Shown in pieces: positions 33,956-45,668 of a stretch of DNA of 64,000 nt. This DNA is from an uncultured Ectothiorhodospiraceae bacterium (GTDB taxonomy: Bacteria; Pseudomonadota; Gammaproteobacteria; Nitrococcales; Halorhodospiraceae). The position numbers and the translations under genes were made by a program. The notes beneath the pieces are model-generated. The model did no database searches. It was not told where the DNA came from and saw only the letters and a list, made by a program, of their open reading frames with translations. Position 1 is the first letter of the stretch; each line of letters opens with the position of its first letter. The stretch is taken from contig CAJXKI010000001.1 in assembly GCA_913055765.1 (NCBI GenBank), positions 86 through 64,085 of the forward strand, given 5' to 3'.

Positions 33956-34668
33956 GCCGCCAGCGCCTCCTGCTGATGCCGCATCAGCTCCATAACGCCG
34001 TGCTCAGCCAGGGCGAGCATGCGATCGAGCTCGTGGCGCCGGAAGGCGTGGCCCTCAGCGGTGCCCTGGAGCTCGATGAACCCGCCGGCGTCGTTCATGA
34101 CCACGTTCATGTCGGTCTCCGCCTCCCCGTCCTCGGCGTAGTCCAGGTCCAGGACCGGCTCGCCGCGGTAGACCCCCACCGAGACCGAGGCCACCTGGCC
34201 GTGGATGGGCGAGGCGCTCAGCGCCCGGTCGCGGAGCAGGCCGGCGACCGCGTCGCGGAGCGCCACGTAGCTGCCGGTAATGGCGGCGGTCCGGGTGCCG
34301 CCGTCGGCCTGCAGGACATCGCAGTCGACCACGACGCTGCGCTCACCCAGGGCCTCGGCGTCCACCGCGGCCCGCAGGGAGCGGCCGATCAGGCGCTGGA
34401 TCTCCACCGTCCGCCCCTGCTGCTTACCGCGGGCCGCCTCGCGGTCGCTGCGGGTGTGGGTGGCACGCGGCAGCATGCCGTACTCCGCGGTCACCCAGCC
34501 CTGACCCTTGCCGCGCAGCCAGGGCGGGACCCGGGCCTCGACGCTGGCCGTGCAGAGCACCTTCGTATCGCCGAAGGCGATGAGCACAGAGCCCTCGGCG
34601 TGCTTGGTGAACTGCCGCTGGATGGAGATCGGGCGCAGCTCGTCGACCTGTCGACCGCTCGGGCGCAT
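33952..34668 (-). CDS. rph: Ribonuclease PH
   Basis: [26 protein letters not shown]. Confidence 0.97.
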   Translation of the reverse strand: MRPSGRQVDELRPISIQRQFTKHAEGSVLIAFGDTKVLCTASVEARVPPWLRGKGQGWVTAEYGMLPRATHTRSDREAARGKQQGRTVEIQRLIGRSLRAAVDAEALGERSVVVDCDVLQADGGTRTAAITGSYVALRDAVAGLLRDRALSASPIHGQVASVSVGVYRGEPVLDLDYAEDGEAETDMNVVMNDAGGFIELQGTAEGHAFRRHELDRMLALAEHGVMELMRHQQEALAA

Positions 34669-34885
34669 TCATGCCTCCTGGTCAGGGGCGCGGCGTCGGC
34701 AGCGCCACGCCGGTATGCAGCGTAGGGGCGCGGTACCTGATGCTGGTCGCGCACGACGCGCATTTTACGGGATGTGGGCGTACCTGCAATCGCTGCCCTC
34801 GGGCCGCGCGCGGCCGCCCCCGCGAGAGCGGTGCGGTGCAATCTGGTAAGATAGTCAGCTTACCACCGGCCGTGGAGGGGCAGCC

Positions 34886-36398
<1,513 letters not shown>

Positions 36399-36445
36399 CC
36401 GGGCCGCGCCTCGCGCCCGCCCCTGGCGGGGCAACCCGGGCGCGG

Positions 36446-37279
36446 CTAGACGCGCTGGATCTGCGCGGCCTGCAGCCCCCCCTCCTTGACCGGTGATGCC
36501 ACCAAGTCGAACTCCAGCACGAGCTGGTGGCTGGGCAGGTCTGCCGGGTCGATCCCCTCCGGCAGGTCCGCATCGCGGAAGAAGGCCGAGGCATAGGGCG
36601 AGTCCGCATCCCGGGTATCGGTGACCCAGAGGTTGTCCCGCCAGTCGAGGTCACCGCGCAGGTAGCGCAGGAAGCCGTAGCTGCCCTCCTGGGCGTGGTA
36701 GTAGCAGGTGCCTCGCACCCGCGAGCCCACCTCCCCCCAGGCAGGGCGGCCGTTGCCGTTGCGGCGGATCGGCAGCAGCCCGGGGATCAGGTAGCCGGAG
36801 ATGAAGTCGTCCGCCTCGCGCTGAAGCTCGCCGGATATGTTCTCGAAGGCGACGATCTCCACGCGGCAGCCCTGGTCCTGCAAGGCGCGGACCACCTGCA
36901 CGAAGTCGCCGTCGCCAGTGGCTAGGACCACGCGGGAGAGGTTGCGCGACTGGGTGAGGGCGTCCACGGCCATGTCCAGGTCGGCGTTGGCCTTGGCGTA
37001 GCGGTTGCCCTCGTCGTCGGTATACCAGCGGAAGTGCTTGACGATGACCTTGTAGCCGAACTCCCGCAGGGACCCGAAGAAATTGCTGATCTTCTGCTGG
37101 TAGGCGGCGTCCCGGCAGGCCCGGGACTCATCGTAGACGGCGTAGACGTTGAGCCGCAGCGCCTCCCGCCCTCCCCGGCACGCCAGGCGGCGCAGGACAT
37201 CGTACTGCATGCCGAAGCCGCCGTTGGCCTGGATATTGGCAACGTCTACGTAGATGCCGACAGCGCTCGCTGCGCCCAA
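36446..37279 (-). CDS. NYN (LabA/DUF88) domain protein with C-terminal cold-shock/OB-like domain
   Basis: YVDVAN, DLDMAVD, TGDGDF, ADDF; C-terminal GSYGFL...FF...EF...A pattern. Confidence 0.85.
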   Translation of the reverse strand: MGAASAVGIYVDVANIQANGGFGMQYDVLRRLACRGGREALRLNVYAVYDESRACRDAAYQQKISNFFGSLREFGYKVIVKHFRWYTDDEGNRYAKANADLDMAVDALTQSRNLSRVVLATGDGDFVQVVRALQDQGCRVEIVAFENISGELQREADDFISGYLIPGLLPIRRNGNGRPAWGEVGSRVRGTCYYHAQEGSYGFLRYLRGDLDWRDNLWVTDTRDADSPYASAFFRDADLPEGIDPADLPSHQLVLEFDLVASPVKEGGLQAAQIQRV

Positions 37280-37308
37280 TAACCCCCCTATGTACGCAGT
37301 GGATCCGT

Positions 37309-37752
37309 CTACTCCTTATGCTCGCGCAGGCGGACGACGATATCCACCCCAGCGATGCGCTTGCCGGACGGGACCGCCACCTTGCGGCGCACCTGCTCCT
37401 CGTCCACCGCCAGGTGGACATCCTCGATCTCGCCGCTGTCCTCGTCGTAGAGGTGGTGGTGCGACTCGGTCTTGGTATCGAAGTACGACTTGCCGGCGTG
37501 CACGACGACCTCGCGCAACAGGCCGGCATCCTTGAACTGGTTCAGGGTGTTATAGACCGTCGCCAGGGAGACCTTCACCCCCTGCGCGGTGGCCTCCTCG
37601 TAGAGGGACTCAGCGGTCACGTGCCGGTCCTCGCCGGCGAACAGCAGCCCGGCGAGCGCGAGCCGCTGCTGGGTCGGGCGCAGGCCCACGGCGCGGAGGT
37701 AGCCGGCCCCCTCGTCCTCCTCGAACCTCGGGGTTGGGCGATGCTCGGTCAT
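37309..37752 (-). CDS. irr: Fur-family regulator, Irr-like
   Basis: GLRPTQQR, RHVTAE, SLATVYNTLNQF, YFDT, HHH, VDIVVRL; no CxxC pairs. Confidence 0.8.
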   Translation of the reverse strand: MTEHRPTPRFEEDEGAGYLRAVGLRPTQQRLALAGLLFAGEDRHVTAESLYEEATAQGVKVSLATVYNTLNQFKDAGLLREVVVHAGKSYFDTKTESHHHLYDEDSGEIEDVHLAVDEEQVRRKVAVPSGKRIAGVDIVVRLREHKE

Positions 37753-37870
37753 ACGGGCCTCTGGTCCCTATATCGCGGATTAATGCATAATTAGTCTAAT
37801 CCTAATAAGGATCGGCGCTCAACCCTCGCCCCGGTTCCCAACCGCGGCGAAAACGCCGACACTGGCCCCC

Positions 37871-39289
37871 ATGGACCTCGCCGCCTGGATCCTCGCCTCC
37901 GCCAGTGTCCTCGCCGCACTCGCCGGTCCCATCACGGCCGGCCACGCCCTGCTCACCAAGCAGGAACCCCAGGTGGCGACAGCGTGGATCACCGTCTGCC
38001 TGCTCTTCCCCCTCGCCGGGGCCCTCTTCTACTACACCTTCGGCATCAACCGCGTCCGGACGCGGGCGCGCAAGCTGCGGGCCGAGGGGCAGACCGCGCC
38101 GGGCCCCGCGCCCTCGGCGGCAGCCCACACCCCCGCCGTCGGCCCGGAATACACCGAGCAGGTCCGCATCTCCGGCGCCGTGACCGGCCGGCCGCTCCAG
38201 CACGGCAACCGCATCCAGACGCTGCACAACGGCGAGCAGGCCTTCCCCAGCATGCTCGAGGCCATCGATACCGCGCAGCACTCGGTCTACCTGAGCACCT
38301 ACATCTTCGGCACGAAGAGCAGCGGCCGGCAATTCATCCGCGCCTTGGCCGCCGCCCACCGCCGTGGCGTAGACGTGCGCGTGCTCATCGACGGGGTCGG
38401 CGACCTCTACGCCTGGCCCCGCGCCAGCCGCCTGCTGCGCCGCGCCGGGGTCCCTACCGCCCGCTTCCTGCCGCCGCGCCTGGTGCCGCCGCAGCTGTCG
38501 ATCAACCTGCGCAACCACCGCAAGCTGCTCATCGTGGACGGCCAGCGCGGCTTCACCGGCGGCATGAACCTCAGCGAGCGGCTCCTGCTGGGGGGCGATC
38601 ACGCCCACCGGGTCGCCGACACCCACTTCCTGATCGACGGCCCCGTCGTAGCGCAGATGGAGCAGGTCTTCCTCGAGGACTGGGCCTTCACCACCGGCGA
38701 GCCCCAAGGGCCCTCAGCGCCCGGGCAGCCCCACGACGGCGGGGCGCTGTGCCGGATCATCACCGACGGCCCCAACGAGGACCTGGACCGGCTGATGATG
38801 ACCCTGATCGGGGCCCTGTCCGCGGCACGGGAGGAGGTCTGGCTCGTCACCCCCTACTTCCTGCCCATGCGCTCGCTGATGACGGCGCTGGAGGCAGCGG
38901 CCCTGCGCGGTGTCGAGGTCAACGTCCTGCTGCCGGAGCGCAACAACCTCCCCTTCGTCCACTGGGCGACGCGGCACATGCTCGGCGAGCTGATCCACTG
39001 GGGGGTCCAGGTCTACTACCAGCCGCCGCCATTCGCCCACTCCAAGCTGTTCGTCGTGGATCGGCGCTACGCGCAGGTGGGCTCGTCGAACATGGACCCG
39101 CGCAGCCTGCGGCTGAACTTCGAGCTCAACGCGGAGATCTACGACCCGGTCCTCGCCGGGGAGATCGCCACCGAATGCCAGCGCATCCGGGCTCGATCGC
39201 GGCGGGTCAGCCGCTCGGAGCTGGCGCAACGGACGCCGGCGGAACGCCTGCGGGACGCCGTGTGCTGGCTCGCATCCCCTTACCTGTAG
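37871..39289 (+). CDS. cls: Cardiolipin synthase (PLD family)
   Basis: Two HKD motifs (HRKLLIVD, HSKLFVVD); N-terminal transmembrane helices. Confidence 0.9.
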   Translation: MDLAAWILASASVLAALAGPITAGHALLTKQEPQVATAWITVCLLFPLAGALFYYTFGINRVRTRARKLRAEGQTAPGPAPSAAAHTPAVGPEYTEQVRISGAVTGRPLQHGNRIQTLHNGEQAFPSMLEAIDTAQHSVYLSTYIFGTKSSGRQFIRALAAAHRRGVDVRVLIDGVGDLYAWPRASRLLRRAGVPTARFLPPRLVPPQLSINLRNHRKLLIVDGQRGFTGGMNLSERLLLGGDHAHRVADTHFLIDGPVVAQMEQVFLEDWAFTTGEPQGPSAPGQPHDGGALCRIITDGPNEDLDRLMMTLIGALSAAREEVWLVTPYFLPMRSLMTALEAAALRGVEVNVLLPERNNLPFVHWATRHMLGELIHWGVQVYYQPPPFAHSKLFVVDRRYAQVGSSNMDPRSLRLNFELNAEIYDPVLAGEIATECQRIRARSRRVSRSELAQRTPAERLRDAVCWLASPYL

Positions 39290-39305
39290 CCGGCATAATG
39301 GCGCC

Positions 39306-40778
39306 ATGAGCGATACCCAGCCCCCTCCGGGCCTAGACCAGGCGCTGCGCGAGCGCCTGGGCGATGACGGGGTCGTGACCGAGCCGGCCCGCCTCGCGCC
39401 GTACATGGCGGAGCGGCGCGGGCTATACACCGGCCAAGGCCGGCTGGTCGTGCGCCCCGCGGACACCGACGGCGTGGCCGCTGCGGTCCGGCTGTGCCGC
39501 GATCACGGCGCGGCTGTGGTCGCCCAGTCCGGGAACACCGGTACGGTCGGCGGCGGCTCGCCGCGCCACGCCGGCGAGGTGGTGATCAGCCTCGAGCGGC
39601 TGCAGCGCATCCGCCGCCTCGACGCCGAGGAGGGCCTCCTGGTGGCCGAGGCCGGCTGCACCCTGGCCGAGCTGCAGGCCGCCGCCGAGCGCGCCGGGCG
39701 CTTCCTGCCCCTGAGCCTGGCCTCCGAGGCGGAGTGCCGGATCGGCGGCAACCTGGCGACCAACGCCGGCGGGCTCAACGCCCTGCGCTACGGCAACGCC
39801 CGGGCCCAGGCCCTGGGGCTGGAGGTGGTGCTCGCCGACGGCCGCATCTGGCGCGACCTGCAGGGGCTGCGCAAGGACAATAGCGGCTACGACCTGCGCG
39901 ACCTGTTCATCGGCGCCGGCGGCGAGCTGGGGATCATCACCGCCGCCACCCTGCGCCTGCTGCCGCCGCCGCGCAGCCGCCGCGTGGCCCTGCTGGCGCT
40001 GCCGGCGCTGGGGCCCGCCCTGCCGCTGGTCCGGGCCGCCCAGGCCGAGAGCGGCGACGCCGTGGTCGCCGCCGAGCTGATGAGCGCCGAGGCCGTGGCC
40101 ATGGGCCAGCTCCTCGACGACACTCCGGCGAACCCGCTGCCCGGATCGCCCTGGTACCTGCTGCTGGAGCTGGCCACGTCCGATCCCCGCGCCGAGCTGG
40201 ATGAGGCGCTGTCAGCGGCCCTGGCCCCGGCGCAGGAGGCCGGGCAGCTCGACGACGCCCGGCTCGCCCCCACCGAGGCGGCAGCGGCCCGGCTCTGGCG
40301 GCTGCGCACCGCCATCCCCGACGGCCAGAAGCGGGCCGGGGCGAGCATCAAGCACGACATCGCGGTCCTGCCCAGCGATATCGCCGCCTTCGTCCCCCGG
40401 GCGCTGGCGGCCGTACAGGCGGTCGACCCCGACGTGCAGCCCTGCGTCTTCGGCCACGTGGGCGACGGCAACCTGCACCTCAACCTGACCCAGCCGGCAG
40501 GCGCCGACGCCGAGGCCTTCCTCGCCCAGAGGGCGGTCTACAACCGCGCCGTCCACGATGAGGTGCACCGCTTCGCCGGCTCGGTGGCCGCCGAGCACGG
40601 GGTCGGTCAGCTCAAGCGCGACGAGGTCGGCAGCTACGCCGATCCGCTGGGCCTGGAGCTGATGCAGCACATCAAGCAGGCCCTGGACCCCGAGGGACTG
40701 CTCAACCCCGGCAAGGGGCCGGCTGCAGCCGGCCCGCGTCCTGCCGATCGCGACCGTGGAGACGACACGTCATGCTGA
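39306..40778 (+). CDS. FAD-linked oxidase (D-2-hydroxyacid dehydrogenase-like)
   Basis: GNTG, GGNLATNAGG, KDNSGYDL, GHVGDGNLH, AEHGVG, LNPGK. Confidence 0.9.
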   Translation: MSDTQPPPGLDQALRERLGDDGVVTEPARLAPYMAERRGLYTGQGRLVVRPADTDGVAAAVRLCRDHGAAVVAQSGNTGTVGGGSPRHAGEVVISLERLQRIRRLDAEEGLLVAEAGCTLAELQAAAERAGRFLPLSLASEAECRIGGNLATNAGGLNALRYGNARAQALGLEVVLADGRIWRDLQGLRKDNSGYDLRDLFIGAGGELGIITAATLRLLPPPRSRRVALLALPALGPALPLVRAAQAESGDAVVAAELMSAEAVAMGQLLDDTPANPLPGSPWYLLLELATSDPRAELDEALSAALAPAQEAGQLDDARLAPTEAAAARLWRLRTAIPDGQKRAGASIKHDIAVLPSDIAAFVPRALAAVQAVDPDVQPCVFGHVGDGNLHLNLTQPAGADAEAFLAQRAVYNRAVHDEVHRFAGSVAAEHGVGQLKRDEVGSYADPLGLELMQHIKQALDPEGLLNPGKGPAAAGPRPADRDRGDDTSC

Positions 40779-41617
40779 GGCACTGCCACGATAGGGCCCT
40801 GCTACGGGCACGGCCCCTGCTGCTGGCGCTGCTGCCGCTGCTCACCGCCTGCGCCAGCACGGGCGATGCCGAGGGCACCGCCGAGACTACCGGCGCCGCC
40901 GAGGAGGCCGCCTGGGACGACGGCTGGGAGCAGGGGACGCCGGATCCCCTGGAGCCCTACAACCGATGGGCCTTCGCCTTCAACGACACGGTGGACACGT
41001 ACGCCCTCCGCCCGGCGGCCGTAGCCTACCGGGACTACATCCCCGAGGCCGTGCGCCGGCCCATCGGCAACGCCCTGGACAACCTGCGTGAGCCCTTCAG
41101 CGCCGGCAACTACTATCTGCAGGGCAAGCTCGGCGCGGGCGGGCGCAGCACGGCCCGCTTCCTCCTCAACACCACGGTGGGCGTGCTCGGCCTGCTCGAT
41201 GTCGCCGGCGCCGCCGGCCTGGAGCAGGAGCAGACCGATCTGGGCCTGACCCTGGGCGAGTGGGGGACGCCAGGGGGCCCCTACCTGGTCCTGCCGCTGC
41301 TCGGGCCGAGCAACGTCCGCGACGCCGGCGGGCTGGCCGGACGCTACCTCACCCGCGACTACCACGATCCCCTGCACTGGGCCGACGCGGGGCGTGCCAC
41401 CCGCTACACCGTGGCGGCCGTGGACATCATCGACACCCGGGCCGGCCTGCTCTCGCTGGACGAGCTCATGGCCGACTCCGGCGCCGATCCCTATGTCTTC
41501 ATGCGCGAGTCCTACCTGCAGAACCGGCGCGAGCGCCTCAGGGACGACGACTGGGGGGATTGGGAGGGCGGCGACTGGAACGATAGCGGCGACGCCTGGG
41601 ACGAGGGCGGGGGCTGA
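40772..41617 (+). CDS. mlaA: VacJ/MlaA lipoprotein
   Basis: Lipobox LTAC, DPLEPYNR, GPYLVLPLLGPS, DPYVFMRESY. Confidence 0.92.
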   Translation: MLRHCHDRALLRARPLLLALLPLLTACASTGDAEGTAETTGAAEEAAWDDGWEQGTPDPLEPYNRWAFAFNDTVDTYALRPAAVAYRDYIPEAVRRPIGNALDNLREPFSAGNYYLQGKLGAGGRSTARFLLNTTVGVLGLLDVAGAAGLEQEQTDLGLTLGEWGTPGGPYLVLPLLGPSNVRDAGGLAGRYLTRDYHDPLHWADAGRATRYTVAAVDIIDTRAGLLSLDELMADSGADPYVFMRESYLQNRRERLRDDDWGDWEGGDWNDSGDAWDEGGG

Positions 41618-41693
41618 GGGCGCGGCGCCCCGTAGCGGGCCCATCGCCGATGGCGGATGCCTGGGCCTCCCGAGGGCGCGCGCCGCCTGCCCC

Positions 41694-43559
41694 TCAGAGC
41701 AGCGCCTGCAGCTTGCGGCGGATGCCGTCGGCGTCCAGCCCGTGCTCGGCCAGGACGTGGTCGCGGGCGCCGTGGTGGATCGGCGCATCCGGCAGGCCGA
41801 GGTGGGTCACCGGCACGCTGTGGCCGGAGCCGGCCAGGCACTCGGCGACGCCGCTGCCGGCGCCGCCGGCGATGACACCCTCCTCCAGCGTCACCAGGTG
41901 CCGGTGCTCACCGGCGAGGCGGCGCACCATCCCCTCGTCCAGCGGCTTGACGAAGCGCATGTTGACCACGGTAACCCCCAGCTCCTCGCCCACCGCCTCG
42001 GCCACCGGCAGCAGCGCGCCGAAGACGAGCAGCGCCACGCCGCTGCGGCCCTCGCGGCGTACCTCGGCCTGCCCCACGGGCAGCGGCTCCAGGTCGTCGG
42101 GCAGCGCCTCGCCAGGGCCGGCGCCGCGCGGATAGCGCACCACCGCCGGCCCGCCCAGGCCCAGCCCGGTGGATAGCATGCGCCAGCACTCGGCCTCGTC
42201 GCCCGGCGCCATGATCATCAGGTCCGGGATGCAGCGCAGATAGCTGAGATCGTAGGTCCCCTGGTGCGTGGCGCCGTCGCCCCCTACGACCCCGGCGCGG
42301 TCCACGGCGAATAGCACGGGCAGGCGCTGCAGGGCGACGTCGTGGACGAGCTGGTCGTAGCCGCGCTGCAGGAAGGTGGAGTAGATGGCCACCACCGGGC
42401 GGACGCCCTCGCAGGCCATGCCCGCGGCCAGGGTCACGGCGTGCTGCTCCGCGATCCCGACGTCGAAGAAGCGCTCCGGGAAGCGCTGCGCATACCCTAC
42501 CAGCCCGGAGCCCTCGCGCATGGCCGGCGTGATGGCCGCCACCCGCGTATCCGAGGCCGCCGCGCGGCAGATCCAGCGGCTGAAGACATCGGTATAGTTG
42601 AGCCGCCCCCCCTGGCCCTTGGTGAGCCCGCGCTCGGGGTCGAAGCGGCTGACGCCGTGGTAGGAGATGGGGTCCTCCTCGGCGGGGGCGTAGCCCTTGC
42701 CCTTGCGGGTGACCACGTGCAGCAGCCGGGGTCCGGGCTGATCGCGCAGGTTGCGCAGCACGCGCACCAGATCCTCGACGTTATGGCCGTCCACCGGGCC
42801 GAAGTAGTGGAAGCCCAGCTCCTCGAACAGGGTTGCCGGGGCCAGCAGGCCCTTGACGTGCCCCTCGGTACGCCGCGCCAGCTCGTGGATCGGCGGCAAG
42901 TTGCGGAGCACGTCCCGGGCGCCGCGGCGCAGCTGCCCGGCTATCGGCTCGGATAGCAGGCGGGTGAGGTAGTTGGACAGGGCCCCCACGTTCTCCGAGA
43001 TGGACATCTCGTTGTCGTTGAGCACCACCAGCAGATCGGCCCGGACGTCGCCCGCGTGGTTGAGCGCCTCCAGGGCCTCGCCGGAGCCCAATCCGCCGTC
43101 GCCGATGACCGCCGTGGCGCGGCGGGGCTCGCCACCGGCGCGCTCCGCCAGGGCCATGCCCAGCGCGGCGCTGATGCTCGTCGAGGAGTGGCCGGCGCCG
43201 AAGGCGTCATAGGGGCTCTCGTCACGTACCGGGAAGCCGGCCAGGCCGCCGGCCTGCCGGATGCCGGAGAGCTCGCGGCGGCGGCCGGTGATCAGCTTGT
43301 GCGTATAGCACTGGTGGCCCACATCCCAGACCAGCCGATCCCGCGGGGTCTCGAGGGTGTAGTGCAGCGCCAGGGTCAGCTCCACGGCCCCGAGCCCGGC
43401 CGCCAGGTGCCCGCCGCTCTGGGCGACGCTCTCCACCAGGTAGTCGCGGACCTCCTGGGCCAGTAGCGGGAGGCGATCCACCGGCAATTGGCGCAGGTCC
43501 TCCGGGTCCTCGATAGCCGAGAGAAGCAGCTTATCTTCGTCACGCGGTCCCTTGATCAT
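41694..43559 (-). CDS. dxs: 1-deoxy-D-xylulose-5-phosphate synthase
   Basis: GGHL, WDVGHQ, GHSSTS, LNDNEMSI, IAEQHA, DGATHQG. Confidence 0.97.
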   Translation of the reverse strand: MIKGPRDEDKLLLSAIEDPEDLRQLPVDRLPLLAQEVRDYLVESVAQSGGHLAAGLGAVELTLALHYTLETPRDRLVWDVGHQCYTHKLITGRRRELSGIRQAGGLAGFPVRDESPYDAFGAGHSSTSISAALGMALAERAGGEPRRATAVIGDGGLGSGEALEALNHAGDVRADLLVVLNDNEMSISENVGALSNYLTRLLSEPIAGQLRRGARDVLRNLPPIHELARRTEGHVKGLLAPATLFEELGFHYFGPVDGHNVEDLVRVLRNLRDQPGPRLLHVVTRKGKGYAPAEEDPISYHGVSRFDPERGLTKGQGGRLNYTDVFSRWICRAAASDTRVAAITPAMREGSGLVGYAQRFPERFFDVGIAEQHAVTLAAGMACEGVRPVVAIYSTFLQRGYDQLVHDVALQRLPVLFAVDRAGVVGGDGATHQGTYDLSYLRCIPDLMIMAPGDEAECWRMLSTGLGLGGPAVVRYPRGAGPGEALPDDLEPLPVGQAEVRREGRSGVALLVFGALLPVAEAVGEELGVTVVNMRFVKPLDEGMVRRLAGEHRHLVTLEEGVIAGGAGSGVAECLAGSGHSVPVTHLGLPDAPIHHGARDHVLAEHGLDADGIRRKLQALL

Positions 43560-43649
43560 GGGGGCATGATAGCCCATTCAAGCGGCAACGGAACCCGGGG
43601 GCGGCGGCAATACGCCCAAGCGGCACCGGATAGCCCGGCGTGGCGCGGG

Positions 43650-44576
43650 CTACTGCGGCTTCACGGCGCTGGCGAGGACGTAGTCGAGGCCCGCGTAGAG
43701 CGTGGCGGCGTCGATGCCCCGGGCCAGGCGCGCCGGTACGCGGGCCACGGGGTGCAATCGCTGCAAGGTCTCCGGGTGGTCGCGCAGCCACTGGTGAAGC
43801 GGGGCGTAGACCTGCTCGCGGATCGAGCGCACCGCCACGGCGGTGAAGCCGGCGGCGTCCAGAAGGTCCGCGTAGGCGTCCCGGGTATAGCGGTTGGCAT
43901 CGGGGATGGCGAAGCGGCTCGCCACCAGCCACCAGGACAGCCGCTGCTTGAGCCGTCCGGCCCGGCCGGTGGCAGCCGGCTGCGGGAGGATATCGGCGGT
44001 CACCAGCCGTCCGCCCGGCCGCAGCACACGCCACGCCTCGCGGAAGAAGGCCTCGCGTGGACGGAAGTGGAAGGCCGACTCCAGGGCGACGACGGCGTCC
44101 ACCGAGGCGTCGGCCAAGGGCATCTCGGTGGCCGAGCCCTCGCGTAGATCGAGCTGCGCCTCGAGGCCCGCCTCGCCGACACGCCGGCGCGCCTCCGCCA
44201 CCTGCGAGGCGGTAATGTTCAGCCCGATGATCTGCGCCGGGGCGTGGCTACGCGCCCAGAGCAGGTCTTGGTCCCCGAAGCCGTAGCCGACATCGAGGAC
44301 GGTATCGCCAGGGCCCATGCCGGCGGTATCCGCCACCAGCCGCGCCAGGGCATCGCTGGCGGCGTCGAGGTCGTCCGCCGCCTCCCAGTAGCCGAGGTTG
44401 AGGTAGAGGCCCTCGGCGGTGATAGCGCCGGTGCCGAGGAGGTCGTAGACCTCGGTGACATCGCGGCGCTGGAAGGGGTTGAACACCCAGTCGAGGTAGC
44501 CGAGCCCGCGGGCCAGCGCGCCACGGCGGCGCCCACCCCCCTCGGGCCGTCTGGAAGCAGGGTCGGATTCAGCCAT
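43650..44576 (-). CDS. Class I SAM-dependent methyltransferase (small-molecule O-methyltransferase-like)
   Basis: YLNLGYW, LDVGYGFG, LESAFHF, LRPGGRL; ATG 44576 with GAGG RBS. Confidence 0.88.
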   Translation of the reverse strand: MAESDPASRRPEGGGRRRGALARGLGYLDWVFNPFQRRDVTEVYDLLGTGAITAEGLYLNLGYWEAADDLDAASDALARLVADTAGMGPGDTVLDVGYGFGDQDLLWARSHAPAQIIGLNITASQVAEARRRVGEAGLEAQLDLREGSATEMPLADASVDAVVALESAFHFRPREAFFREAWRVLRPGGRLVTADILPQPAATGRAGRLKQRLSWWLVASRFAIPDANRYTRDAYADLLDAAGFTAVAVRSIREQVYAPLHQWLRDHPETLQRLHPVARVPARLARGIDAATLYAGLDYVLASAVKPQ

Positions 44577-44717
44577 GACGGCTACCTCGGTGATGGCACG
44601 GATGATAGCTAGGTATTCTAGCAGGCGACGGCCATGGGCGTAGCCCGGGACGAGCCGACCGTCGACCACCGTTTACCGGACACGACCCGTACGCGGCTTG
44701 AGCGGTAGACTGTCCCC

Positions 44718-45656
44718 ATGCTCGGCTTCCTCCAGGGGCTGGCCTACGGCCTGCTGATCTCCTGCCCGCTTTGGCTGACCATCGGCCTGATCGAGCCGCG
44801 CTGGGCGGTACCTACGGAGCCGCCCCGGCGCTGGCAGGTGCTGCTGCGCTACTGGCTCCTCGTCCCCTTCCTCGCCGCCACCCTGTGGCTGACCTCGCTA
44901 TTCGGCGGCCTCGGGCCGTCGCTCGGCGGCTGGCTGGCCGGGCTGGCAGCCATCCCGCTGTCCCTGCCCGTGGAGCGCGCGCTGCGCCGCGGACAGCGCA
45001 GGCTGGCGCAGCGGCGCCGGCAGGCCGCGCAGGCCGCCGCCGCATCGCGCCGGCGCGCCGCCCGGGAGCAGGAGGCGCGAGAGGCCGGCTGCGCGGATCT
45101 GGACCCGGCGCACCCCCCGCCGGACGCCGACGACCTGGTCGAGGCGCTGTGCCAGGCCAAGGGCGCGCTGCTCGGGCTGGAGCGTCCCGATCTGGCGGTC
45201 CAGGCCGACCGGGTCTACAACCGCTACAGCCACGTCTGCGGCGTCCTGGATCGCGCGTTCGCGCCGGGCGAGATCACGGACGAGCGCGCCCGGGCCCTGG
45301 CCCGGGAGGTGTGCTGGACCGCCGTGGACCAGTTGAAGACCATGGCCTCGATCGCCCAGGGCGTGCGCGGGGTGGACGCCGCCCACGTCCGCCGCCGCCT
45401 GGCGCAGGAGCGCGGTACCCTTACCGCCGACGAGCGCCAGGCCCTGGAGCAGCGACTGCGGCTCGTCGAGGGGACCGAGGCCCGCCTGCGCGAGCTCAGC
45501 GGGCGTAACGAGGCCGCGATCACCGCCCTCGATGACACCGCCGTCTCCGTCTCGGCGGTGCGCACCGACCGCCCGCACGCCTCGGTCGACGCCGACCGGG
45601 CGCTGGCGGAGCTGCACCGCTTCGCGGCGCGGGCCGAACAGTACGAACGCCAGTAA
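44718..45656 (+). CDS. Membrane-anchored coiled-coil protein, probable TelA partner
   Basis: About three N-terminal hydrophobic segments then a helical region; 12 bp upstream of telA. Confidence 0.75.
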   Translation: MLGFLQGLAYGLLISCPLWLTIGLIEPRWAVPTEPPRRWQVLLRYWLLVPFLAATLWLTSLFGGLGPSLGGWLAGLAAIPLSLPVERALRRGQRRLAQRRRQAAQAAAASRRRAAREQEAREAGCADLDPAHPPPDADDLVEALCQAKGALLGLERPDLAVQADRVYNRYSHVCGVLDRAFAPGEITDERARALAREVCWTAVDQLKTMASIAQGVRGVDAAHVRRRLAQERGTLTADERQALEQRLRLVEGTEARLRELSGRNEAAITALDDTAVSVSAVRTDRPHASVDADRALAELHRFAARAEQYERQ

Positions 45657-45668
45657 GGGGGAGGCCCG

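Noticed and set aside
43650..44576. Glycine/sarcosine N-methyltransferase for betaine synthesis
   Set aside because: The motifs I recall for GSMT/SDMT are not visible, and there is no partner gene
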